From the NCBI GenBank assembly GCA_963786935.1, contig CAWBAN010000001.1, positions 96,001 through 160,000 on the forward strand: DNA of 64,000 nucleotides, in the 5' to 3' direction. Of the stretch, positions 1 to 8,945 are shown piece after piece (positions within the stretch are counted from its first letter, which is position 1; each line of letters starts with the position of its first letter). The stretch is from an uncultured bacterium (GTDB taxonomy: Bacteria > Krumholzibacteriota > Krumholzibacteriia > Krumholzibacteriales > Krumholzibacteriaceae). The notes beneath the pieces are model-generated. The model was given only the letters and a program-made list of their open reading frames with translations. It did not search any database and was not told the DNA's origin. The position numbers and the translations under genes are program-made.

Positions 1-1
1 G

Positions 2-868
2 TACGAGAAGCGCGGGCGGGCGCGGTTCCTGTCGCACCTGGAGACGCTGGCCGTGATCCGGCGGGCGCTGCGCCGCTCGGGGCTCCCGCTCAGCTACTCG
101 GAGGGATTTCACCCGCATCCGAAGATCTCGGCCGGCCCCTCGCTCTCCGTGGGCATGGAGGGATTCGGCGAGTTCTTCGATATCGAGCTGGTCGAGCCGG
201 CCGGTCCGAAGCCCGATTCGCTGAACGCGCTCTTCCCGCCGGGCTTCTCGGTGAAGGCCTGCGCGGGACCGTTTTCCCGCAGGGAGGGAAAGCTCCCGCA
301 GGAGGCGAGATTCACCTATCTGCTTCGTTTCGACGACCTTCGCTCGCTCCTGAAATTCTCCGGATCCGCGAGCGAAAAACTGTTGCAAACGGAGCGCATG
401 TGGTATCTTCTCGCGGAAGAGCTTGGCGTCGCCGGGAGCCTCGATGTGTTCGAGTGCGGAGCCCCCGTCGATCCGGCTCAATGGTTTGCGGCCGAGTGGA
501 GGCGCATGATCGAGCGAGGCGCCTCCGTCAGGAACGAGAAAGGCAAGGAGCGCTCCTGTGCCGGGTGCGCGGTGCGGCTCGTCGAGAGCCCCGCGCCGCC
601 GGTCGGCGGCTGGCCCGGTGAAACGGGAGCCGCCGCGAGCGGCGGCGCGCCCGATGAAACGGGCGGCCCCGCGCCGGCAGGCGCCTGCGTCGAGCTCGTT
701 CTTCCCGGGGCGGATGGCGCCCCCCGGCCCCAGGATTTGTTAATGGCATTCATGCCGAAAAATATCGCCTCGCTCGTACGGATTCAACGGCTGGAGATTA
801 ACTACCGATGCGGAGAAGATATTCGAGATCCCGTCGCGGCGATCGGGGAGAAGCGCCCCGCAACTTAA
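2..868 (+). CDS. TIGR03936/DUF2344 radical-SAM-associated domain protein (5' truncated by window)
   Basis: Open frame from base 2: YEKRGRARFLSHLETLAVIRRALRRSGLPLSYSEGFHPHPKIS, the DUF2344 signature; usual position upstream of rng. Confidence 0.85.
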   Translation, partial: YEKRGRARFLSHLETLAVIRRALRRSGLPLSYSEGFHPHPKISAGPSLSVGMEGFGEFFDIELVEPAGPKPDSLNALFPPGFSVKACAGPFSRREGKLPQEARFTYLLRFDDLRSLLKFSGSASEKLLQTERMWYLLAEELGVAGSLDVFECGAPVDPAQWFAAEWRRMIERGASVRNEKGKERSCAGCAVRLVESPAPPVGGWPGETGAAASGGAPDETGGPAPAGACVELVLPGADGAPRPQDLLMAFMPKNIASLVRIQRLEINYRCGEDIRDPVAAIGEKRPAT

Positions 869-2394
869 AGACACAGATTCTCATCAACTACACGGCGCGC
901 GAGGTGCGTATCGCGATCCTCGAGGAACGCGAGCTCGTCGAGCTCCTCATTGAGCGCGAGGACAGCCGCCACACGGTCGGCGACATCTTTCTCGGGCGCG
1001 TCACCGCGGTGATTCCCGGAATCCAGGCCGCGTTCGTCGACATCGGGCAGGAGAAGGCGGCGTTCCTCCACGTGAGCGACGTCTCGACGGGCGCGATCGA
1101 TCCCGAGCTCCTCGACGAAGAGGACGACAAGTCGCGCGGCCGCAAGGACAAGGATCTCCCGCCGATCGAGAACCTCCTCAAAAAGGGGCAGGATATCCTC
1201 GTGCAGGTGCGCAAGGAGGCGATCGGCACGAAGGGGCCGCGGATTTCCTCCGAGATCTCGCTCCCGGGCCGCTACGCGGTGTTCATGCCCGGGCTCGACC
1301 ACATCGGCGTGAGCAAGAAGATCGAAGACCGCCGCGAGCGTTCGAGGCTCAAGGCCATCGTGAAAAAATATCGGCCCGAGGGGGCCGCGGTCATCGTCCG
1401 CACCGCCGGGGAGGGCGTGGACGAGGGACCGCTGCGCGACGACATCAAGTACCTCGAGAAGGTCGCGAAAGACTTGAAGGAGAAGAGCGAGACCGCCGCG
1501 CCGCCGGCCCTCGTCCACGAGGACGTCGATCTCACGATCTTCGCCATCCGCGACCTTTTCTCGGAGAGCGTCGAATCGATCATCATCGACAACAAGGAAG
1601 AGTACGAGCGCCTGCGCAACTACTTCAAGTCGTTCGCCCCGCAGCTCGCCGAGCGCGTGCGCTTCTACGAGGAGAAGACCCCGATCTTCGATTTCTACGA
1701 CGTCGAGGGGGACATCGAGAAGATTCTCGAGAGCAAGATCTGGCTCAAGAAGGGCGGCTACATCATCATCGAGCACACCGAGGCGCTCGTCACGATCGAC
1801 GTCAACACGGGGCGCTTCGTCGGAAAGCGCGATCAGGAGGAGACGATCCTCGAGACGAACATGATCGCCGCGAAGGAGATCGCCCGCCAGCTCAGGCTCC
1901 GCGACATCGGCGGCATCATCGTCATCGACTTCATCGACATGGAGGTCGAGGAAAACCGCCGCAAGGTCTACAACGAGTTCCGCAACCTGCTCCGGAAGGA
2001 CCGCTCGCGCGTGCGCGTCTATCCGATGAGCGATCTCGGCATCATCGAGGTGAGCCGCAAGCGCGTCCGGCCGAGCCTCCTGCACTACTACAGCCAGGAG
2101 TGCCCGTACTGCACGGGGCGCGGCAAGGTGCTGAGCCTCGAATCGATGGCCATGAAGGTCGAGCACTGGATCAGGCGCATCGGCGGGGGCAAGCGGCGCG
2201 AGAGCGGCATCATGTTCAAGCTCAACCCCGTGCTCGGCGTATTCCTCCGCGAAGAGCGCCTCGAGACGCTGAACGAACTCGCCGCGATGTACCGCGTCAG
2301 AGTCGAGATCATCGACGACCCGCGGCTGCACCGCGAGGAAATAGAGATCTATTCGCTCGACGGGGAGCGGAACCTCAAGGCGGCGTTCGAATAG
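808..2394 (+). CDS. rng: Rne/Rng family ribonuclease (RNase G-like)
   Basis: S1 domain (VGDIFLGRVTAVIPGIQAAFVDIG), IDVNTG, LRLRDIGGIIVIDFIDM, CPYCTGRG Zn-link; start uncertain (808 ATG; homology begins ~868). Confidence 0.93.
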   Translation: MRRRYSRSRRGDRGEAPRNLKTQILINYTAREVRIAILEERELVELLIEREDSRHTVGDIFLGRVTAVIPGIQAAFVDIGQEKAAFLHVSDVSTGAIDPELLDEEDDKSRGRKDKDLPPIENLLKKGQDILVQVRKEAIGTKGPRISSEISLPGRYAVFMPGLDHIGVSKKIEDRRERSRLKAIVKKYRPEGAAVIVRTAGEGVDEGPLRDDIKYLEKVAKDLKEKSETAAPPALVHEDVDLTIFAIRDLFSESVESIIIDNKEEYERLRNYFKSFAPQLAERVRFYEEKTPIFDFYDVEGDIEKILESKIWLKKGGYIIIEHTEALVTIDVNTGRFVGKRDQEETILETNMIAAKEIARQLRLRDIGGIIVIDFIDMEVEENRRKVYNEFRNLLRKDRSRVRVYPMSDLGIIEVSRKRVRPSLLHYYSQECPYCTGRGKVLSLESMAMKVEHWIRRIGGGKRRESGIMFKLNPVLGVFLREERLETLNELAAMYRVRVEIIDDPRLHREEIEIYSLDGERNLKAAFE

Positions 2395-2454
2395 GGGCCG
2401 CCGGTGCCGCTGCCGCCCGCCGGGCCGTTCGGTCGTTGGGGCAGGAGGTGGCGC

Positions 2455-2958
2455 ATGAAACGCAGGGTCGCATTCGCAGCCCTCTTTCTCTTCCTCGTCA
2501 TCAACGCGGGATGCCCGTACACGGCGAAGATACCGATCGCCGTTCCGGATCGAAGCGCGTTCGATCCGCGCCTCGTCGGGGAGTGGATCGCCTCCGGCGA
2601 CGCGGGAGATACGGTCCTTGTCAGCGTCTATCCCTTCAACGAAGCCGAGTACTACGTGGAAACCGTCGAGGGGAAGGACAAGCCGGACCGCTACCGCGTG
2701 TTCGCGTTCACCGTCGGAAAGGAACGGTTGCTCCACCTGAACGAGCTCGGTTTCGAGAACAGCGTGCACGAGTTCGTCTTCGGCCGCTACGATCTGTCCG
2801 TTGATGGAGAGCTCACCATCAGGTTCATCGGCGAGAAATGCGTTCCGAAATCGCTTGCCGACGATGCGAAGGCGCTCAGGGCGTTCATCGCCGCGCACCT
2901 CGACGATCCGGCGCTCGACGACGAAGATGTGAAACTCGTCATGAGGAGAAAATCATGA
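2455..2958 (+). CDS. hypothetical lipoprotein
   Basis: SD AGGAGG, signal MKRRVAFAALFLFLVINAG-C lipobox; host-like codon usage. Confidence 0.7.
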   Translation: MKRRVAFAALFLFLVINAGCPYTAKIPIAVPDRSAFDPRLVGEWIASGDAGDTVLVSVYPFNEAEYYVETVEGKDKPDRYRVFAFTVGKERLLHLNELGFENSVHEFVFGRYDLSVDGELTIRFIGEKCVPKSLADDAKALRAFIAAHLDDPALDDEDVKLVMRRKS

Positions 2959-3794
2959 ACGAGAAAGGCACGAGCGGCGGAAGCCGCATGGATAAGTGGT
3001 TGAGGATCATCTGGCTCGTGAACGGCATCTTGCTGCTCATTATGTTCGGTAGCGGATTGAAGGATACCATCGAGGGCTGGATCCCGCGCGGCGGCGGGGA
3101 GCCGAGCGGACCGATCGTCGGTAAAGAGCTGGAAAAGGCGAAGGCCGATACGCTTGCGCTGCAGGACATCGTGAGCACCGTTCCGGAGCGAATCGGCAGG
3201 ACCCACTACAGCTATCTCTCGCTCGCCGCAAAGGATCTGGCGAAGCCCTCTGGCATGCCGAAATACTCCGAAAAAGGATATTCGGAGGCCGTGAAGTACT
3301 CCAGGCCCTCGGGCGCGAGCGATGAGATAATCTTCAATTCATACGATGAGGCTATCAATATTATTTTCCTGAGCGACGACGGATCGGATATGCGCCTGCT
3401 GTTGAGGGAGAAGGGCGCTGTCGTCAGCACGGATATTCCTTCGAGCGACGATACGGCTCAATCCTACAATTTGTATCAAATCGTTTTTCGCGATACGAAC
3501 GGCGATGGACGCTTGACGTCCGAGGATCGGTCGATTCTCTACATCTCAGATCTGGACGGACGTAACCTGAGGCCGCTGCTGCCCGACAGCGTCGACGCGA
3601 AGCGGGTCGTCAGGTCCTTCCGGGACGACGAGATCTTCATCATGTGCCAGATACGGCCGCGCGATCCAAAGGTGCCGGAATCGGATTGGCGGGAGATCAT
3701 CTATCGGTACGACGTGCTGGCCCAGAAGCTCTCAACCATTCTGCCGGATGACAGGCTGATGAACGAAGCGCGCAGGATCCTGCAGACTGAATAG
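2955..3794 (+). CDS. hypothetical membrane-anchored protein with EF-hand-like [12 protein letters not shown] loop
   Basis: ATGA overlap with upstream gene; one N-terminal TM helix; DxNGDGxL motif. Confidence 0.7.
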   Translation: MNEKGTSGGSRMDKWLRIIWLVNGILLLIMFGSGLKDTIEGWIPRGGGEPSGPIVGKELEKAKADTLALQDIVSTVPERIGRTHYSYLSLAAKDLAKPSGMPKYSEKGYSEAVKYSRPSGASDEIIFNSYDEAINIIFLSDDGSDMRLLLREKGAVVSTDIPSSDDTAQSYNLYQIVFRDTNGDGRLTSEDRSILYISDLDGRNLRPLLPDSVDAKRVVRSFRDDEIFIMCQIRPRDPKVPESDWREIIYRYDVLAQKLSTILPDDRLMNEARRILQTE

Positions 3795-3828
3795 GCTGTT
3801 CGTGGAACGCAGGAAAAAGGAGGCGATC

Positions 3829-4518
3829 ATGAAGAAGTACGGGGCGGAGTTCGTCGGGACCTTCTGGCTCGTGCTCGGCGGCTGCGGAAGCGCGGTGCTC
3901 GCGGCCGCCTATCCGGGGCTCGGCATCGGTTTTCTCGGGGTCGCGCTCGCATTCGGCCTCACGGTGCTCACGATGGCTTATGCCATCGGGCCGATTTCCG
4001 GCTGCCATCTCAATCCGGCGATCTCGGTCGGCGCCGTCGCGGCGGGCAGGCTTCCCGCAAAGGATCTCGTTCCCTACATCGTCTCGCAGGTGCTCGGCGC
4101 GGTGATCGCGGGAGGCGTTCTCTACGTGATCGCGAGCGGGACGCCGGGCTTCGATCTCTCGAACGGCTTCGCCGCGAACGGCTACGGCGAGCATTCCCCC
4201 GGCGGCTATTCGCTCGTCGCGGCCCTCGTCTGCGAGATCGTCATGACGATGATGTTCCTGTTCGTGATCCTGGGCGCGACCGACAAGCGCGCGCACATAG
4301 GTTTCGCGCCGATCGCGATCGGTCTCTGCCTGACGCTCATTCACCTGATCAGCATTCCGGTGACGAACACCTCGGTGAATCCTGCGCGGAGCACGGGCGT
4401 GGCGCTCTTCGCCGGCGGCTGGGCGCTCGCGCAGCTGTGGCTGTTCTGGGTGGCGCCGATCGTCGGCGCGCTCCTCGGCGCGGCGGTGTGGCGGCTCATC
4501 GGTTCCGAGAAAGAATAG
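3829..4518 (+). CDS. aqpZ: aquaporin Z
   Basis: [15 protein letters not shown], two NPA motifs (HLNPA, SVNPARS), [11 protein letters not shown]. Confidence 0.97.
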   Translation: MKKYGAEFVGTFWLVLGGCGSAVLAAAYPGLGIGFLGVALAFGLTVLTMAYAIGPISGCHLNPAISVGAVAAGRLPAKDLVPYIVSQVLGAVIAGGVLYVIASGTPGFDLSNGFAANGYGEHSPGGYSLVAALVCEIVMTMMFLFVILGATDKRAHIGFAPIAIGLCLTLIHLISIPVTNTSVNPARSTGVALFAGGWALAQLWLFWVAPIVGALLGAAVWRLIGSEKE

Positions 4519-4527
4519 GAGGAGAGA

Positions 4528-5142
4528 ATGACGAGGCTCGTCTGCGTTCTCGCGATGTTCACGGCGGCGGCATTCATCGCGGGGCCCGTGCACGCCCAGG
4601 ACGATTGCGAGGTTCCCGTCGCGCAGGCCGACACGACCCGAATGGGGGAAGTGATCCCCCCGGTCGAGCTCAAGACGGACACCGCGTTCGCGTACTGCGC
4701 CGTCGAGATGACGGGGAGCTACGATCAGCACGAGGCGGCGTTCGCGAAGCTCTTCGAGACGGCCATGAATCAGGGGATCTACGGCGGCATGCCGTTCGGC
4801 GTCTACTGGAACAGCCCCGCCAACACTCCCGTCGAGCAGCTCAAGTGGGACGTGGGCTTCGCGCTGCCGGCGGGCGCCGCGCCCAAGCTGCCGCTCGCCG
4901 TCAAGAAGTGGGAATACACGACAATGGCCTCGCTCAGGTATCGCGGCGCCTTCGGGGGTGTGGAGATGGACAAGGAATACGGCCGCCTCTACGAGTGGAT
5001 CGCGGGCAACGGCTACGTGGCGGAGGGTCCCATGATGGAGGTATTTCTCAACACGCCGTCCCCCGATGAGAGCGGGGCGCTGGTCGGCGCCGTCGAGATC
5101 GTCGTGCCCGTGCGGAAGGCGCCGCCGCCGAAGGCGAAATAG
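4528..5142 (+). CDS. exported GyrI-like small-molecule-binding domain protein
   Basis: Signal peptide (PVHA-Q); GyrI-like pattern GSYDQH, PFGVYWNSP, YGRLYEWI, GPMMEVF. Confidence 0.75.
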   Translation: MTRLVCVLAMFTAAAFIAGPVHAQDDCEVPVAQADTTRMGEVIPPVELKTDTAFAYCAVEMTGSYDQHEAAFAKLFETAMNQGIYGGMPFGVYWNSPANTPVEQLKWDVGFALPAGAAPKLPLAVKKWEYTTMASLRYRGAFGGVEMDKEYGRLYEWIAGNGYVAEGPMMEVFLNTPSPDESGALVGAVEIVVPVRKAPPPKAK

Positions 5143-5181
5143 CGGGATCGCAATCGGGCCGATCCCCGCGCGAAGGCTCCG

Positions 5182-5775
5182 ATGCACGTCTACATCGTTT
5201 ATGCTCACCCGGCGAGGGCGTCGTTCAGCCGCGACGTCCTCGCCGCGTTCACGCGCGGCCTCCGCGACGCGGGGCATTCGTACGAGGTGGGCGATCTCTA
5301 CGAGATGGGCTTCGAGCCCGAGATGGATGCCGCGCAGTACGAGCGCGAGGTCGGGCTCGACGCGGACGCCCCGGTGCCCGACGACGTGCGGCGCGAGCAG
5401 GAGAAGATCGGCCGCGCGGAGGCGCTCGTGTTCATCTTTCCTCTCTGGTGGAGCGACGTTCCCGCGAAGCTCAAGGGCTGGTTCGACCGCGTCCTCACTT
5501 ACGGCTACGCCTATTTCTATAGCGAAGCCGAAGAGCGCTTCACGAAAATCTCGATCGCGAAGGCGCTCGTGATCTGTCCCGCCGGCCACACCGTGGAGCA
5601 TCTCGAGGAAACCGGCATCGCCGAGGCGATGCGCCGCATCATGCTGAACGACCGCCTGCTCGGCGTCGGCGTGCGCGAGGCGCGCCTCGAGATTCTCGGC
5701 GGTATGATGCCGAAGGACGATACCTTCCGGCAGGCAAATCTCGCAAAGGCCTACGAGCTCGGCAGATATCTCTAA
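5182..5775 (+). CDS. NAD(P)H-dependent oxidoreductase, flavodoxin-like fold (MdaB/KefF family)
   Basis: IVYAHP, DLYEMGFEP, FPLWWSDVPAKLKGWFDRV. Confidence 0.9.
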   Translation: MHVYIVYAHPARASFSRDVLAAFTRGLRDAGHSYEVGDLYEMGFEPEMDAAQYEREVGLDADAPVPDDVRREQEKIGRAEALVFIFPLWWSDVPAKLKGWFDRVLTYGYAYFYSEAEERFTKISIAKALVICPAGHTVEHLEETGIAEAMRRIMLNDRLLGVGVREARLEILGGMMPKDDTFRQANLAKAYELGRYL

Positions 5776-5782
5776 TCAGTAA

Positions 5783-5826
5783 ATATTTATCGATTATCAA
5801 TAAATATGTATTGACAAACAATACAT
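5783..5826. promoter_or_regulatory. two tandem palindromic operators, (T/G)TAT(T/C)G-N5-CAATA(A/C)A
   Basis: ATATTTATCG-ATTAT-CAATAAATAT (5783-5807) and ATGTATTG-ACAAA-CAATACAT (5806-5826); the second overlaps the -35. Confidence 0.75.
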
Positions 5827-5839
5827 TCGTGGATATAAT
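5811..5839 (+). promoter_or_regulatory. consensus sigma70 promoter of hydrolase-DUF2975-HTH operon
   Basis: TTGACA (5811-5816), 17 bp, TATAAT (5834-5839). Confidence 0.9.
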
Positions 5840-5884
5840 CCTCCTGTGAATGCGATAAGCGGCTCATTCAGGGAGGATGGCCTC

Positions 5885-6991
5885 ATGAAAATCAGGCGGA
5901 ATTTCGCGGCGGTGACGGCGCTCGCTCTGATCGCGCTCCTGTGCGTGTCGCCCCCCGCGGAGACCTGCTCCACGTTTCTGATGCGGAGCGGGAGGGAGAT
6001 TCTCTTCGGGCGCAACTTCGATTTCTTTCTCGACGGCGGCTGCATCATGACGAACCAGCGGGGGATCGCCAAGACGGCGCTCCTCCCGAACGCGCGCAGG
6101 CCGGCGCAGTGGACGTCGAAGCACGGGAGCGTCACCTTCAATCAGGTGAGCAAGGAGTATCCGTACGGCGGGATGAACGAGGCGGGGCTCGTCGTCGAGG
6201 TCATGTGGCTCGATTCGAGCAAGTATCCGACACCCGATGCGCGTACCCCGATCCCGGAGCTCCAGTGGATCCAGTATCAGCTCGACGCCTGCGCGAGCGT
6301 CGCCGAGGTGATCTCGACGGACGACAGTATCCGCATCGCGTCGACCGGCTCCCCGATTCACTTCCTCGTCGCCGACCGCTCGGGGGACGCGGCGACGATC
6401 GAGTTCGTCGACGGGCGGACGGTCGTGCACCGGGGCGCCGATCTCCCGGTGAAGGCGCTCACGAACGACACGTATGACGAGTCGATGACCTTCCTGAAGC
6501 TCCACCGCGGCTTCGGCGGCGGGAAGGAGATCGCGAAGACGGGGGAGTCGCTCGACCGCTTCGCCGTGGTCGCCTCGATGCTCGCCGACCGCGGCGCCGT
6601 CCGCCGCGGCAGGGAAACGGCGCGGGCGTTCGAGATCCTCGACGCGGTGAAGCAGGGGAAGTGGACCGTGTGGACCATCGTGTACGACGTGAAGCGTGGA
6701 ACGATATCGCTCAAGACGGTCGGGAACGGCGACATCAGGACCATCGACATGAAGAAATTCGATTTCGACTGCGCCGCGCCCGCGCGCATGCTCGATATCG
6801 AGACACACGCGAAGGGCGCGATCGAAAAGCGCTTCGAGAATTACACGACCGAGCTCAACCGCGCCATGGTGAAGCGGACGTTCGAGGGCTTCCATAGGAA
6901 TGATTTCCTGAAATCGGTCACGGAACCGATGCAGGAGTATCTCGCGCGCTATCCCGAGACGCTCCGCTGCTCGGACAGGAGGTCGTCATGA
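5885..6991 (+). CDS. exported linear amide C-N hydrolase (choloylglycine hydrolase/penicillin V acylase, Ntn family)
   Basis: Signal peptide then nucleophile C-STF, FGRNFDF, GGMNEAGL, ALTND. Confidence 0.9.
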   Translation: MKIRRNFAAVTALALIALLCVSPPAETCSTFLMRSGREILFGRNFDFFLDGGCIMTNQRGIAKTALLPNARRPAQWTSKHGSVTFNQVSKEYPYGGMNEAGLVVEVMWLDSSKYPTPDARTPIPELQWIQYQLDACASVAEVISTDDSIRIASTGSPIHFLVADRSGDAATIEFVDGRTVVHRGADLPVKALTNDTYDESMTFLKLHRGFGGGKEIAKTGESLDRFAVVASMLADRGAVRRGRETARAFEILDAVKQGKWTVWTIVYDVKRGTISLKTVGNGDIRTIDMKKFDFDCAAPARMLDIETHAKGAIEKRFENYTTELNRAMVKRTFEGFHRNDFLKSVTEPMQEYLARYPETLRCSDRRSS

Positions 6992-7638
6992 GAATCGCAC
7001 GTCCGTCGTCGTTCACGGGACTGGCCAAGGCGATCATCTATCTCGCCTTCGGCGCCTCGCTTCTCGTCACCCTGTATTCGGTCGGATCGTTCATCTACAT
7101 GATGGCGAACGCCGACGATCTGAGCAGGATCGCGGCGACCAACAGGTACGAGATGTCCGCGCTCACGGAGGAGCTCTCCTCGGACATCCGGCAGTCGGAG
7201 AGCGGCGACGTCAGGTTCAGGCTCTACAAGATCTACGGCGAGTATTCGTATCTCAACATGCCGCGCGGGCTCGTGCTCGCCATTTTCTTCAGGGAGCTCG
7301 TTCTCTGCGGGCTCTTCTTCATCGGCGTCGTGCAGCTCGCCAATATGTTCGAGGACGTGAGCCGGGGGAAGCCCTTCGTTCGCGAAAACGCCGCGCGCCT
7401 CCGCGTCGTCGGCTATGCGATGGCGGGAGGGGCGCTCTTCAAGTTCCTCGTGCAGATGGCCACGGTTCTTCTTTTCAGGGGCGACATCGAGATGAGCGGA
7501 GCCGCGATCCCGTGGCTCTGGCTTCTCAAGGAGACGTTCAACTGGGGGCTCCTCGCGGGCGGAATCGTGGTGCTCGTGATCTCCGAGGTGTTCCGCGTCG
7601 GCACGCGGCTGCAGGAAGAACAGGAACTGACGGTGTGA
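6988..7638 (+). CDS. DUF2975 domain membrane protein
   Basis: 4 TM helices, PFVRENAARLR, C-terminal VISEVFRVGTRLQEEQELTV. Confidence 0.88.
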   Translation: MRIARPSSFTGLAKAIIYLAFGASLLVTLYSVGSFIYMMANADDLSRIAATNRYEMSALTEELSSDIRQSESGDVRFRLYKIYGEYSYLNMPRGLVLAIFFRELVLCGLFFIGVVQLANMFEDVSRGKPFVRENAARLRVVGYAMAGGALFKFLVQMATVLLFRGDIEMSGAAIPWLWLLKETFNWGLLAGGIVVLVISEVFRVGTRLQEEQELTV

Positions 7639-7645
7639 GGTCGAT

Positions 7646-7897
7646 ATGCCTATCATAGTGAATCTCGACGTGCAGCTCGCCAAGCGGAAGATGAAGCTCA
7701 CCGACCTCGCCGAGCGTGTGGGGATCACGATCGCGAACCTCTCGATCCTCAAGCAGGGGAAGGCGCGGGCGATACGCTTCTCGACCCTCGAGGCGATCTG
7801 CCGGGAGCTCGACTGCCAGCCGGGGGACATTCTCGAGTACCGCGCCGGCGTCTTCAATCCGCCGTGGCCGCCGGACGGGGACCAGTTCATGGCGTGA
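7646..7897 (+). CDS. XRE-family HTH regulator (YozG-like, DUF2975 partner)
   Basis: MPIIVNLDVQLAKRKM...NLSILKQGKARAIRFSTLEAICRELDCQPGDILEY. Confidence 0.93.
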   Translation: MPIIVNLDVQLAKRKMKLTDLAERVGITIANLSILKQGKARAIRFSTLEAICRELDCQPGDILEYRAGVFNPPWPPDGDQFMA

Positions 7898-7979
7898 CCC
7901 GCGGGGCGTTCCGGAAGGGTCCTCCGCGGGCGACACTTTTTATGGTGCGAAAACGGGCCGGTATGCTACCGTCCCCCGC

Positions 7980-8291
7980 ATGAAGCACGACGATCGCGAT
8001 CGGGGAGAGCCGGCGGACGATCAGGTCTGCGTCTTCCGTACGGGGGACGAAGAGATCGCGGCCGCCGTCAAGGCGGTCCTCGACGGCGAGGGGATCCGCT
8101 ACGTCGCGCGCAACGTCGAGCTGCAGGAGCTCTTCGGCGCGGGGCGCGGCCGCGGGAGCATCAACTTCGCGGTCGGCTCCGTCGATTTTCTCGTGTCCCG
8201 GGAGGACGCCGAGCGCGCGCGCGGCGTCCTGAACGCCCTGCGAGAAGGCTTCCTGCGCGGCGACGGCAACGGGAACGATTGCGGCGAATAA
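7980..8291 (+). CDS. DUF2007 domain protein
   Basis: AAVKAVLDGEGIRY...FLVSREDAERARGVL pattern. Confidence 0.7.
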   Translation: MKHDDRDRGEPADDQVCVFRTGDEEIAAAVKAVLDGEGIRYVARNVELQELFGAGRGRGSINFAVGSVDFLVSREDAERARGVLNALREGFLRGDGNGNDCGE

Positions 8292-8351
8292 TCGTATAAT
8301 CCAGCGAACAGCATTCAATCTGCGGCCTTGAGCCTTCGACGGGAGGATACC

Positions 8352-8909
8352 ATGTCGAAACGCATTCTGCTCGCGGGCGTGCTCGGCGCGATCGCGCTCA
8401 TGCTCTGGACCTTCGTGACGAGCGCCTTTTTCCTGTTCAACGTCAAGATGCGGATGCAGCAGCTTCCGAACGAGCGCGCGGTCTATCAGATGCTGAAGGA
8501 GAACGTCACGGCTCCGGGCGTGTACGTGGTCAACCCCGAGGTCGTGCCGGAGCAGGGATACCCGTCCGGGGAGCCCGTGTTCGGCCTCACGTATGCGGGG
8601 TTCGGGCACGAGGCGGCGGGGCGGCTCGTCGCCGTGCAGCCGCTCATCGCGCTCGTTTCGTGCCTGCTCGCGGCGTGGCTCCTCTCGAAGGCTTCGAGCC
8701 GCGTGCTCTCGAGCTACGCGCGGAAGGTCTGCTTCGTTTCCAGCATCGGCCTTCTCGTCGCCGTGTTCGGGGATCTCATGAAGTTCGGGATCGGCGGCTA
8801 CCCGGCGGCCACGGCGGCGATCGTCGCGGCGTACGACCTCGTCTCATGGATCATCGCCGGTCTCGTGATCGCGGGCGTCATGCGCGCGCCCGCGGAGCCG
8901 GCCGCATAG
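8352..8909 (+). CDS. hypothetical membrane protein (4 TM)
   Basis: SD GGGAGG, hydrophobic helices, host-like codon usage. Confidence 0.7.
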   Translation: MSKRILLAGVLGAIALMLWTFVTSAFFLFNVKMRMQQLPNERAVYQMLKENVTAPGVYVVNPEVVPEQGYPSGEPVFGLTYAGFGHEAAGRLVAVQPLIALVSCLLAAWLLSKASSRVLSSYARKVCFVSSIGLLVAVFGDLMKFGIGGYPAATAAIVAAYDLVSWIIAGLVIAGVMRAPAEPAA

Positions 8910-8945
8910 GAACGCGTTCCGCGAGACAGATGGTTCCTCCCGGTT

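Noticed and set aside
845..870. Non-canonical TTA start for rng at 865
   Set aside because: Homology starts there, but ATG 808 has a plausible GGAG SD and a TTG/TTA base error is possible; cannot be resolved
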